DNA from: Synechococcus sp.
Lineage (GTDB): Bacteria > Cyanobacteriota > Cyanobacteriia > PCC-6307 > Cyanobiaceae
Direction of reading: 5' to 3'
DNA: 64,000 nt
Assembly: GCA_047285535.1 (NCBI GenBank)
Contig: JBJBDC010000001.1
Location: 2,880,136-2,944,135, forward strand
The translations under genes and the position numbers were made by a program. This document shows positions 53,926-63,460 of the stretch, piece by piece. How positions within the stretch are numbered: the stretch's first letter is position 1; every line of letters begins with the position of its first letter. Under the pieces are notes generated by a model that was not told where the DNA came from, ran no database searches, and was given only the letters and a program-made list of their open reading frames with translations.

Positions 53926-54533
53926 TGATCAACACTTGAAAATGGGTGCTTTAATCAATATTAAAGCATAAATAGTTACGGCAAGTCAATATGAGAGTAT
54001 TTGGTTTACATGTTTCTTGAGCCGGTTTGCTTTCATGTGAATTGAGCTTGATTTTCAGTGTTTTGCCTTAAACCTGTAGGGATGCTGTCTCGACTGATTT
54101 GTTAACCATTTCATGACCGTACAACACGTGCTAGTTAAGGCGATTCTTTCTTTTCATGGCTTCTTGCTGGCAACATGACAATGACTTGATCGCAATTGTA
54201 TTGAGATTGTTGAGACACAATGTTCGGGCATGGTTCTTCGATTTAAGGCGAGAGCCTTGATGGCTTAGGGTGGCTGATGTGCTTGGAATATTTTTGATGT
54301 TTCGGATCTTGCCTTGACAAGAGCAAAGTAATCTTGATTTTGTGCTCCAGTTACTGGTGTGAGTAATGATTCCTCTGTAATAATTATTGTCGCTCCTTGT
54401 AGTCTCTGTTGGGTTCTGAACAGAAAGATGATCTTTGGCTCTCTTGAGATTTCATTGAAGAGAGGTGATGGTGGGTTGTGATTGAGTGATGATATTTTTG
54501 AAAAGCAATCCCAAGGGGATGCTGCTTTGTCTG

Positions 54534-54569
54534 TGACATTCTAGCCAATCTTGGTTGGCTAGAATGTCA
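54534..54569. repeat. Perfect 15-bp inverted repeat
   Basis: TGACATTCTAGCCAA-TCTTGG-TTGGCTAGAATGTCA. Confidence 0.9.
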
Positions 54570-54660
54570 AGAGGTTTTGTTGAAACTGGATTGAAGTTAG
54601 AGGTCTGTTTGTGTGCGCTCAAGGATTGTTCGCCAGAGTACTCTGAAAGGTTGGCATGTG

Positions 54661-54774
54661 ATGGGCCTACGAAAATTGTTCAAGTAAGCTGTCACTTATC
54701 TGCCAGTTGCTCTTGATGACTCGTGGGCTAAGAGAGAACCTAATCAATACGGCGTGAGAATCAAGACTGTTTGA
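54661..54774 (+). pseudogene. Broken second copy of the small gene at 49362
   Basis: MGLRKLFK*AVTYLPVALDDSWAKREPNQYG aligns without gaps to the 49362 ORF; CAA to TAA at codon 9. Confidence 0.85.
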
Positions 54775-54931
54775 CTGATTCTCTGGATAGAGTTGGTTTT
54801 GGCGATAGAACGATTGATTGAACCATGAATAGGCTGTTGAATTGATTGCGAAGTATGGTTTGAGATGAAGATTGATTCCCTTGAAGCTCTAGGGCAAAAG
54901 CACTAGAGTTAACTTTTAATCGGAAGCCATT

Positions 54932-55195
54932 TTGAGTAAAGCTAGCATCCGTCGTTTTATCTTTACCCTGATTACAGGCTACTTGGCTATTTTTGGTGTT
55001 CAGCAGGTTCCTTATGAGTTTCCGAATCAATGGGTCGTACTCATTCCTGTTTTAATCGTCGTCTATATCATAACGGTGTGGCTGGATGGTGTATTTTTTA
55101 AAGATGAGGAGCCTCCACAAAAGATTGCTCCTGATCTGAAAAAGAAAAAGGATCGCAGGCTTGGAAGGAAATCCACAGGATTTGGTGATTCATGA
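54932..55195 (+). CDS. Small two-TM hypothetical membrane protein
   Basis: Two hydrophobic helices and a basic tail ending KSTGFG. Confidence 0.7.
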   Translation: MSKASIRRFIFTLITGYLAIFGVQQVPYEFPNQWVVLIPVLIVVYIITVWLDGVFFKDEEPPQKIAPDLKKKKDRRLGRKSTGFGDS

Positions 55196-55395
55196 CTTGA
55201 GGACTTGTTTGCATGCATTGAGGATTGAACTTTAATGTCATTGATCTCGATATTCGTTGAATCATGTATCGCTGAAAAATGATTGCTTGAGGTGTGTGAA
55301 AGTTGAATTCGTTTGGTAATACTTTTTTAAGCTTTTGCCATGGTATTTCTTTCTCTTGGGGAGGGTATTGTTGATGTTTAGCCAGTGTTGGTATT

Positions 55396-55436
55396 AAAAA
55401 ACCTTGCTTCTCTGGAAAAAAGAGAAACAAGGTTTT
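55396..55436 (-). terminator. Intrinsic terminator after rpsD
   Basis: Minus strand AAAACCTTGTTTCTCT-loop-AGAGAAGCAAGGTTTTTT. Confidence 0.8.
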
Positions 55437-55483
55437 GATGCTGAGCCAAAGAGAAAGTTTTGCGATCCCTTGAAAAGTTGGAT

Positions 55484-56092
55484 CTACACTTTCCTTGAGT
55501 AGTACTCCACCACCAGCAGTTCGTTGATCTCCAGGGCGACCCATTCGCGTTCAGCGCGGCCAATGACCTTGGCGCTGAGTTTGGGTTTGTCGAGTTCAAG
55601 ATGAGGCGGCACGTTGGCCAAGCCTGGAAATTGGAGGTTGGCTTCAGCAAGGAGCTTGCTGCACTTGCGTTCGCGGATTGCGATCACATCACCTGCTTTG
55701 CACTGATAACTGGCAATGTCGGTCACTCGTCCATTGACTGTGACGTGTCCATGGTTCACCAATTGCCGTGCACCGGGCACGGTTGGTCCAAAGCCAAGAC
55801 GGAAACATACATTGTCGAGGCGATTCTCGAGCAGTTTGAGCAGGTTTGTTCCTGTTGAGCCTTCCTGAGCACGCGCTTTCTTCACGTAGCGCACGAGTTG
55901 TCGTTCAGAAACGCCGTAGTTGAAGCGAAGCTTTTGCTTTTCTTCTAAGCGAATTGCGTATTCGGAGCGCTTGCGACGGGCTTGGCCGTGCTGACCAGGT
56001 GGATAGGACCGTTTAGCGGCCTTCCGGGTGAGACCGGGTAGGTCTCCCAAGCGCCGCGTGATCCTCAGGCGAGGGCCGCGGTATCTGGACAT
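55484..56092 (-). CDS. rpsD: 30S ribosomal protein S4
   Basis: [33 protein letters not shown]. Confidence 0.99.
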   Translation of the reverse strand: MSRYRGPRLRITRRLGDLPGLTRKAAKRSYPPGQHGQARRKRSEYAIRLEEKQKLRFNYGVSERQLVRYVKKARAQEGSTGTNLLKLLENRLDNVCFRLGFGPTVPGARQLVNHGHVTVNGRVTDIASYQCKAGDVIAIRERKCSKLLAEANLQFPGLANVPPHLELDKPKLSAKVIGRAEREWVALEINELLVVEYYSRKV

Positions 56093-56173
56093 AGGAAAAT
56101 CAATGTAGAAAATGGGTTCGCGCTAGACCGAGAATCCGTCATGCTGGGTAAGTGGCCCGCACTGCGGAATCGC

Positions 56174-56440
56174 ATGCACGAATTGAACATCTTATCGGGC
56201 GGCAGTCCGAACCCCATTAATCGTGCAATCAGCGCGATGTTGCTGGCATTGATCAGGTTGTATCGCCATTGGATTTCTCCTCTGCTTGGCCCCCGTTGTC
56301 GGTTTATTCCTAGTTGTAGTGCCTATGGCATTGAGGCGATTGAACGTCATGGTCCTTGGCGGGGAGGTTGGTTGACGTTCCGTCGGCTTTTGCGTTGTCA
56401 TCCTTTTACTCCCTGTGGTTGTGACCCTGTCCCGGATTGA
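56174..56440 (+). CDS. yidD: Membrane protein insertion efficiency factor
   Basis: [27 protein letters not shown]. Confidence 0.93.
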   Translation: MHELNILSGGSPNPINRAISAMLLALIRLYRHWISPLLGPRCRFIPSCSAYGIEAIERHGPWRGGWLTFRRLLRCHPFTPCGCDPVPD

Positions 56441-56729
56441 TTCTCGTCGCTTAATTCTTTACAGCCGTTCTGGTTGTTGTCTTTGCGAGGGGCTTGAGCA
56501 GCGCTTGCGGGCTCTCAACCTTGATCAAGGTCAACATCCCTTGCAGCTGGTTGTTTTTGACATCGATGCTCCAGAGTTCTCTGCGGCATTGAAAGCCCGA
56601 TATGACGTCGAGGTGCCTGTCTTGGCTCTAGAAGAAACAGAGCTGCCTCGTGTGTCTCCCAGGCTGAGTGGTGATGGACTCTTGCATTGGTTGCAGAGGG
56701 TTTGCGCGATTGCGTCAGGTTCGGATTAG
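56415..56729 (+). CDS. Glutaredoxin-like protein (DUF836 type)
   Basis: [21 protein letters not shown]. Start is uncertain. Confidence 0.85.
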   Translation: MVVTLSRIDSRRLILYSRSGCCLCEGLEQRLRALNLDQGQHPLQLVVFDIDAPEFSAALKARYDVEVPVLALEETELPRVSPRLSGDGLLHWLQRVCAIASGSD

Positions 56730-56754
56730 AACACCCATCTGTGGTGACCTAGCG

Positions 56755-58293
56755 ATGACCCAGACACTCCACGCCTTGCTTCATTCGGTGGGTTTTCCTG
56801 TGCCCCAGAGCGTGGCCGATGTAGTGATCGAATCAATCACCTGTGATTCTCGGTGTGTGCGCCCTGGGAGTCTTTTTATCGGTCTTCCCGGCGGGCGTGT
56901 CGATGGAGGAAGCTTCTGGCCCCAGGCTCTTGCTGATGGGGCTGCAGCAGTCCTGATTGGCTCAGACGCAGCTGCCGCGAGGCCTCCTCGACAGAGCGAC
57001 GCTGTGCTGGTTGTGTCTGATCCAGTTGCTCGCTGGGCCGGTGAGTTAGCAGCCGCTTTCTGGAATCACCCCAGTGATCGCATCGGTTTGATTGGAGTCA
57101 CGGGCACCAACGGCAAAACCACGACTACCCATCTTATTGAACATTTGAGCTCGGCCTGCGGGCGTCCTTCCGCCCTGTTTGGAACGCTTCTGAATCGCTG
57201 GCCTGGCCACAGCGTCACGGCGACCCACACCACAGCGGTGGCTGATCGGCTGCAGGCTCAGCTTGCTGAAGCCTCTGCCGCTGGCGCGCAGTTAACGGCG
57301 ATGGAGGTCAGCTCCCACGCCCTTGATCAACATCGGGTCGCTGGATGCCGTTTTTCCGGCGCTGTGTTTACCAACCTCACCCAGGACCATCTCGATTACC
57401 ACGAGACGATGGCGGCTTATTTCGAAGCCAAAGCTCGTCTGTTTGCGCCACCGCTTTCGCCGCCACTGAATGCTGATCATGGCGCTCAATTTGTGGTCAA
57501 TGTGGACGATCCTTGGGGCAAACAACTAGCGGAGCGGTTGGGAGATCGCTGTTGGCGGAGTTCGCTGTCAGAGGGCTCAATTCACGCAGAATTGACAATT
57601 TCAGAGTTGGTGATGGGCCCCTCCGGGGTCGAAGGTCGTTTGTCCAGTCCTCGGGGTGAGGGCTCCTTCCATTCCCCGCTGTTGGGCCGCTTCAATCTGA
57701 TGAACCTTTTGCAGGCCGTCGGGGTCTTGCTTCAGCAAGGTCTTCCTTTGGAGTCGCTTCTGAAAGCAATCAGCACATTCCCAGGTGTTCCCGGTCGAAT
57801 GGAACGGGTTGTTTTGGCCTCAACTCTTGAAGCGCTGCCCACGGTCTTGGTGGATTACGCGCACACTCCTGATGGTTTAAGCAGCGCATTGAGGGCGTGT
57901 CGCCCCTTCGTGGACGGCAAACTGATCTGTGTGTTTGGGTGTGGTGGTGATAGGGACCGTGGCAAGCGTCCGCAGATGGCTGAGATTGCGGCAGAGCTTG
58001 CTGATTGTGTGGTGGTGACCTCTGATAATCCACGCACAGAAGATCCTCAACAAATCCTGGATGATGTTGTCAATGGAATTCCCAGCGGTACTGATTTGGC
58101 TGTGAGGCTGGATCGTGCTGAAGCTATTGCTGGAGCCATTCAGGATGCAGGGCCTAAGGATCTTGTTCTGATTGCCGGGAAAGGTCATGAGGATTATCAA
58201 ATTCTGGGTACCCAAAAAGTTCATTTTGATGACCGTGAACACGCTCTGGAGGCCTTGCAGCAAAAGTATTCAAGTAATGAATCGGCTGATTGA
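56755..58293 (+). CDS. murE: UDP-N-acetylmuramoyl-L-alanyl-D-glutamate--2,6-diaminopimelate ligase
   Basis: [33 protein letters not shown] (DAP specificity), GKGHE. Confidence 0.97.
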   Translation: MTQTLHALLHSVGFPVPQSVADVVIESITCDSRCVRPGSLFIGLPGGRVDGGSFWPQALADGAAAVLIGSDAAAARPPRQSDAVLVVSDPVARWAGELAAAFWNHPSDRIGLIGVTGTNGKTTTTHLIEHLSSACGRPSALFGTLLNRWPGHSVTATHTTAVADRLQAQLAEASAAGAQLTAMEVSSHALDQHRVAGCRFSGAVFTNLTQDHLDYHETMAAYFEAKARLFAPPLSPPLNADHGAQFVVNVDDPWGKQLAERLGDRCWRSSLSEGSIHAELTISELVMGPSGVEGRLSSPRGEGSFHSPLLGRFNLMNLLQAVGVLLQQGLPLESLLKAISTFPGVPGRMERVVLASTLEALPTVLVDYAHTPDGLSSALRACRPFVDGKLICVFGCGGDRDRGKRPQMAEIAAELADCVVVTSDNPRTEDPQQILDDVVNGIPSGTDLAVRLDRAEAIAGAIQDAGPKDLVLIAGKGHEDYQILGTQKVHFDDREHALEALQQKYSSNESAD

Positions 58294-58309
58294 TTGCTTG
58301 AGTTGTGGT

Positions 58310-59461
58310 TTAGCTAGGGTAATAGAAAAATGCTGCTCCAAAGATTGAAAACATTCCTAGAAGTAAGACTCCCTCTAGCCAATTCGATTGAGCATCCATA
58401 TTTACCAGATTTACGATTAATACACTAAATAATAATGCTATGACTTCAAATGCTGTGAAGTCGAGATTCATTGGTTGGCCGATAAGTGAGCCAATGATGA
58501 TCAGAGCCGGCGCAATCAGTAAAGCAACGAGTAAGCTGGATCCCATGGCTAGTGAAATGGGAAGGTCCATTTGGTTTTTCCATGCTCCTTTGACTGCTGG
58601 CACATATTCTGAAAAACCACCAATAATTGGAATGATAATAATTCCAGTGAATAAAGGACTGAATCCCAATTGTTCGGTGGCAGGCTCAAGAAAATGAACA
58701 AAGCTCTCTGATTGATAAGCTAAGAACGCAGTGCTAGCAATCAATTGGATAATCCAGGCCATTAAATTTGTGCTGCCTTTCACGTCTGATTGTGCAGACG
58801 AAGTTGTTGCGTCGTCCTTCAGGTGATGAGGATCAAACAGATGGCTATGGGTTGCGAGCGAAAAGATGAGGGTCATGAAATAGATGACCATGAGAATCAC
58901 GGCCACTGTTATTGATAAACCGTGAATTGCGACTGGGTCATCAATGCCTGATGTGCTGATGAGAGAGGCAGGGAGTGCCATGGCCATCACGGCTAAAGTC
59001 ATTGCGGCACCATTTGTTCGAACCATGGTGGCTTGAAAGCTTTGTTCGCTATATCTCAGGCCTCCAATCAGCATCGCAATGCCTGTTACAAGCAGAAGGT
59101 CAGAGAGAATCGCGCCAGTAATGCTTGCCTTGACAACATCAATAAGCCCCATTCTGAGGGCAGATAAGGCAATAATAAATTCAGCACAGTTTCCAAAGAC
59201 TGCTGTGCAAATTGCTCCTATGGTAGGTCCACTATGTTCTGAAATCTCTTCTGTAGCATCACTCAGCAAGAGAGCAATTGGAATAATTCCTGCTGCTGAA
59301 AGGATGAAACAAATAATGGTAGGCCAACCTAGGCTTCTCGCTAATTGCGTCAAGACAAGCATGGTTAGCGCTGGTAATAATTTCCATCGACCAGATTCGA
59401 TAAATGAGTTGAGTGGACTCATCTCGTTCTTGTTTTCTGAACTGATTTTATTTGTTAGCAT
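58310..59461 (-). CDS. Ca2+/H+ antiporter (CAX/ChaA family)
   Basis: GNCAE alpha-1 repeat, ASITGAILSDLLL, THSHLF, KNQMDL, SNWLEG; about 11 TM helices. Confidence 0.9.
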   Translation of the reverse strand: MLTNKISSENKNEMSPLNSFIESGRWKLLPALTMLVLTQLARSLGWPTIICFILSAAGIIPIALLLSDATEEISEHSGPTIGAICTAVFGNCAEFIIALSALRMGLIDVVKASITGAILSDLLLVTGIAMLIGGLRYSEQSFQATMVRTNGAAMTLAVMAMALPASLISTSGIDDPVAIHGLSITVAVILMVIYFMTLIFSLATHSHLFDPHHLKDDATTSSAQSDVKGSTNLMAWIIQLIASTAFLAYQSESFVHFLEPATEQLGFSPLFTGIIIIPIIGGFSEYVPAVKGAWKNQMDLPISLAMGSSLLVALLIAPALIIIGSLIGQPMNLDFTAFEVIALLFSVLIVNLVNMDAQSNWLEGVLLLGMFSIFGAAFFYYPS

Positions 59462-59515
59462 CTATTTTGTGTTGTTTTGACTGTTGAATCGACAGGTTTT
59501 GATGCTGGGATTTGA

Positions 59516-60676
59516 TCATGGCTCCCATTGTTGCGAGCCAAAAAAGGTGAGTTCAACATAGTCACTTGCTTGTTTCTTGTTTGTCAAGAAATCAAGCTTA
59601 AATCCGCCTAGATCAACTTTTTTGAGCGACCTGAGAGCCGTGATTAACTTCTCTCTGGTGAGTTGGCCTTTCACTCTTTTTAAGCCCTCTGTTAATAATT
59701 TAGCGGCTATGAATCCTTCTAGACTGGTGTATCCGAATTTTGCAGAGGGATTGTTGTCACGCATCAGCCGTTGATAGTCTGCGACAATTGGAATCCATCG
59801 ATCCCAGGGGAATGGAACAACTTGACTGACCCCGATCCCATTCGCTTGCCCGACAGGCAGAGAATTTTCGAGTGCTCTAGTGCCCACAAAAGAAACGTTC
59901 ATAATCTGAGCTTTGATGTTATGTCGCAACAATGCCTTGCTTAATGCTGCTGAGCTTACATAAGTTGAAATGATAATAACGGCATTGGGTTGAGCCTCTT
60001 TAAGGATTTTAAGTGCAGGTTTAATTTGTGCAGAATTTCTTTGAACAGTTGCAACCGCAACAGGTTTGAGGCCATGTTGTTTGATGGCTAATTCTGCCGA
60101 CCGTAGCCCGTCTTTGCCAAAGGCATCATCTTGATAGATAATTGCGATTTTTTGCCGTGCGTTGCGAACAAGGCTGTCAACAATTTTGTCTATTTCCATC
60201 TTGTAGCTGGCTCGTAGATTGACCACCATCTTCAGGTTGTTGTTTCGAAGCAGAGTCGCGCCCGTCAGAGGAGCTATGAGTGGCACCTTCTTTGCTTCAA
60301 TTAATGGGAGTATTTCCTTGGTTGTTGGTGTGCCTACATATCCAAATAATGCCAAAAGATTAGGCTTTGCAAGTAAAGACTTTGTATTGACAATAGTCAT
60401 CTCTGGCTCGTATTGATCATCGAGGCTGATTAGTTTGATTTTTTTTCCATTGATTCCTCCGGTTCGATTGACTTCATTAAACCAGGCATTAGCGCCAGTC
60501 TTGTATTTTTGGCCAATTTGAGCTGATGGGCCACTGAGCGGAAGTGATTGGCCAAGAAGGATCATATTTTGGCCTTCAGAGGATGTTTGTCGTGTGCTCT
60601 GTTGAGCCGAGGCTGACATAATCGATACAGAAATTCCAATAGCGATGAAGGCATTTCTTATCACTCCCTTCTCCAT
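59516..60676 (-). CDS. Type I periplasmic binding protein (LivK/branched-chain amino acid-binding family)
   Basis: Signal peptide MEKGVIRNAFIAIG...ASA, GQSLPLSGP, GGINGKKI, DDQYEP, VGTPT, YQDDAFG, EGF. Start could be 60676 or 60724. Confidence 0.9.
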   Translation of the reverse strand: MEKGVIRNAFIAIGISVSIMSASAQQSTRQTSSEGQNMILLGQSLPLSGPSAQIGQKYKTGANAWFNEVNRTGGINGKKIKLISLDDQYEPEMTIVNTKSLLAKPNLLALFGYVGTPTTKEILPLIEAKKVPLIAPLTGATLLRNNNLKMVVNLRASYKMEIDKIVDSLVRNARQKIAIIYQDDAFGKDGLRSAELAIKQHGLKPVAVATVQRNSAQIKPALKILKEAQPNAVIIISTYVSSAALSKALLRHNIKAQIMNVSFVGTRALENSLPVGQANGIGVSQVVPFPWDRWIPIVADYQRLMRDNNPSAKFGYTSLEGFIAAKLLTEGLKRVKGQLTREKLITALRSLKKVDLGGFKLDFLTNKKQASDYVELTFFGSQQWEP

Positions 60677-60722
60677 ATGCTTATACAATGAAGGATTCGT
60701 TTGAATTGGTACTTTTGGTTCC

Positions 60723-61961
60723 ATGACGAAGATTCGACGACGGAGAAAGTGGAACATCTTGGCAGTCGCTTCAGTCTTGCTGGCAGCTTTACTTCTTATT
60801 GTTGGAATATCCAGTTTAGATGTAGATCAAGTGCCGGGACGTGATTCCTTGCGCCTTTCTTCAGCTTCTCGTGCTTTAACCACCTCGTTAGAGCGCTTGC
60901 CTCGTGATGGCTGGAGTTCTCAACGAGGGGAGTCTTTAAGTGGGAGTGAAATACAAACTGATCTTGAGGCATTAGATAAGGCTAAATACCACGTGAAGAT
61001 TGGGGTGTATTCAAATAGCATGTATGATCTTGATCTAAGTGTGCCCAGCTTTTCGTCTAGTGGGTATGTGTGGTTGCGATGGGAAAAGCCTCTACAAGAT
61101 TACTTAGAGGCAAATGATAATTCCTTGGAAGAGCATATTCTTCTATTGAATGCTCTTTTGTCTGATGCGGAGCCTGTCTTGAATCCTGTTCAGGATAAGC
61201 CAGCAGTCTTGTCTGATGGCACCTATTATCAACTGTATACCTATGTCGGTAGATTTTTTATTGATCTGACAAGCTTTAGACACTTTCCGTTCCTAAAAAT
61301 TGGGTTGCCAATTGCAATCGAAGCGGATGATGTTGCCGGTGGTCTTGGTTACTCAGAGCTGCGTTTTGAACCCGATATTCGTAATAGTGGTATGGGCCTT
61401 TACGCGGGAAAAGGTATCATCGGATGGCTGAATCGTGGTTGGTCAATTGCTGAGTATCGACATAATTATGCTACCAATTTTGGCTTAGGGGGTTTGGAGC
61501 GAGATTATAGTTTAGTTGTTTACGATATTACATTTGGTACTTCGGCTTGGTCGGCTTTCTGGCGCTTGATGTTGCCTCTCCTTGTTGTCATGGTGATGGT
61601 ACTTCTTGTCTTTAAGATACGTCCAGATGAACAGGATGCTAGGGCTGGTATTCCTGTTACTGTTTTGTTGACGTTGGTGTTTTTGCAGCAAGTGTATAGA
61701 GGGGAGTTGCCTGATCTTCCCTATTTAACTTTTTTGGATTCTGTTTATGTGATTGCTTATGTCATCACACTGTTTGCATTTGTGTTGTTAGTGTGGATTG
61801 GTCGTCGTTATGCAGATATGGAAAATATGCCCCTTGGAGAAATGCGTGACAAGCTGTCTCATCGGCTTGAAACTCTTGATCAAGTATGGCCCCTGATGAT
61901 GGTATTGTTTTGCACAATTGCCGTGCTTCTTGCTTGGTATTTGATTCCTGCAGCGGCTTAA
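60723..61961 (+). CDS. Pentameric ligand-gated ion channel (GLIC/ELIC-like Pro-loop channel)
   Basis: N-terminal hydrophobic segment; beta-rich domain VKIGVY...GYVWLRW, DGT, FRHFPF, GW; four TM helices with M1 Pro (LMLP), M2 ARAGIPVTVLLTL, M2-M3 loop LPDLPYLTFLD and M4 Pro. Confidence 0.88.
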   Translation: MTKIRRRRKWNILAVASVLLAALLLIVGISSLDVDQVPGRDSLRLSSASRALTTSLERLPRDGWSSQRGESLSGSEIQTDLEALDKAKYHVKIGVYSNSMYDLDLSVPSFSSSGYVWLRWEKPLQDYLEANDNSLEEHILLLNALLSDAEPVLNPVQDKPAVLSDGTYYQLYTYVGRFFIDLTSFRHFPFLKIGLPIAIEADDVAGGLGYSELRFEPDIRNSGMGLYAGKGIIGWLNRGWSIAEYRHNYATNFGLGGLERDYSLVVYDITFGTSAWSAFWRLMLPLLVVMVMVLLVFKIRPDEQDARAGIPVTVLLTLVFLQQVYRGELPDLPYLTFLDSVYVIAYVITLFAFVLLVWIGRRYADMENMPLGEMRDKLSHRLETLDQVWPLMMVLFCTIAVLLAWYLIPAAA

Positions 61962-61970
61962 ATTATCTCT

Positions 61971-63161
61971 TTATGCTAATTCTTTAAGGGCATTCATTAG
62001 CGCTGAAATTTCTTGTTCTTGCGTGGTGATATGGGTGCAGGCTCTTAAGCAAATTGGCTCCTCGAGGTTGCGGATCCAGATCCCCTTATTGCCAAGCATT
62101 TGTACGATTTCAGAAGTGCTTTTGTTTGACTTGGCGTCGAGTTTGAAACTTACGAGTCCCGCAGGTGGTTCTCCTTCGAGTAATGGAGTGGTACCTCGAT
62201 GCCTATTGAGTTGTTCCCACAGCTGACTACTTAAGTTTTGAATTTTTTTTAGTCTCATCTCAACATTTCCCTCTTCCTCTAATAAATTCAATGATTGTCG
62301 TAATCCTGCCATGAGAGGTACGCAGCTCGTCGCGATTTCAAAGCGCCGGCTGTCGTGGTGGAAGGGGTCTGGATCATTCATAATCGCGCGGGTTTCATCG
62401 CGAAGGCTGCGCCAGCCGATCATGGTTGGATTGGCTTCGTTAAGCATGCGTTCTGATAGGGCCACACCTCCAAGTCCTTCGGGGCCGCAGGCCCATTTGT
62501 GTCCAGTGAAGGCATAGATGTCTGCAGCCTGTGCTGCTTCTTTCACAGGGATCTGCCCCATGGTTTGGGCTGCATCCACGAGCAGATAGGGATGCTGAGG
62601 ATGGGCACGAAGATGGTCCGCAACAGCGGCGATGGGCATGAGTTGTCCTGTATTCCAGAGCAGATGGGAGAGCACCACCAATGTCGTGCGTGGCTGGAGT
62701 GATTCCTCCAGAGCCTTGATCACGCTTGCGTCAGTATCGCTTTGTGCTTCACGGCCTCGTCTCAACCCTTGCACAGGAAGTTTGTCGATGGCTAGCTCTT
62801 CACGCCTGGCGAGTTCATGGCAAGCGGCCACCACCCCTGGGTGTTCGCAATCACTGATCAAGATGCGATCACCAGCTTTGAAGGGAAGCCCCCACAGAGG
62901 TAGGACACATCCACTGGTCACGTTTTCGCTCAGGGCAAGGCGATGAGGTGCGACACCGCATAAGCGAGCTAATAACCCTCGCGTTCGATTGGTTTCCCTA
63001 CTGATGAAAGGCCACACATCGGTGGTGAAAGGCCCGAGCTCCTGGATGCGATGCCAACTTGTGGCCATAGCTTCTAAAGAAGGCGTAGGAAGTGGTCCCT
63101 GACCTCCGAAGTTGAAGTAGGTCTTATTCGTGAGTGCTGGACAGAAATCTTTGAACGACAC
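61971..63161 (-). CDS. Class V PLP aminotransferase (cysteine/cystine lyase or desulfurase-like)
   Basis: YFNFGGQGP, SDCEHP, DAAQ, FTGHKWACGP. Confidence 0.9.
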   Translation of the reverse strand: MSFKDFCPALTNKTYFNFGGQGPLPTPSLEAMATSWHRIQELGPFTTDVWPFISRETNRTRGLLARLCGVAPHRLALSENVTSGCVLPLWGLPFKAGDRILISDCEHPGVVAACHELARREELAIDKLPVQGLRRGREAQSDTDASVIKALEESLQPRTTLVVLSHLLWNTGQLMPIAAVADHLRAHPQHPYLLVDAAQTMGQIPVKEAAQAADIYAFTGHKWACGPEGLGGVALSERMLNEANPTMIGWRSLRDETRAIMNDPDPFHHDSRRFEIATSCVPLMAGLRQSLNLLEEEGNVEMRLKKIQNLSSQLWEQLNRHRGTTPLLEGEPPAGLVSFKLDAKSNKSTSEIVQMLGNKGIWIRNLEEPICLRACTHITTQEQEISALMNALKELA

Positions 63162-63460
63162 AAGAAAAAATGTTAGGGAGGTGTTGGTGCTTTATTGCTT
63201 TATTCAATCTGACAAGACATGCATTGAGCGGTTTGAGTAAGGCTTTGAATCTAACTATTATAAGACTTTCTTAGGACGTTATTAATCATCTTTTTAAGGG
63301 TGTAGGGTTTATAGACATACAGCTATCACCCCTGCTCTTTGGATTGGGTCTTTAGGAGTCAAAGCAGTGCTTTCGATGTCTTTGATGATGAATAACTTCA
63401 TCGAGTGCATCTACCTCGCTTGAAGCCATGGCTACCTTTTGAGTCGATGCTTGGTTGGCA

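Noticed and set aside
55098..55650. 148-aa and 90-aa minus-strand ORFs overlapping the rpsD end
   Set aside because: They are alternative frames crossing the rpsD terminator, with no protein motifs.
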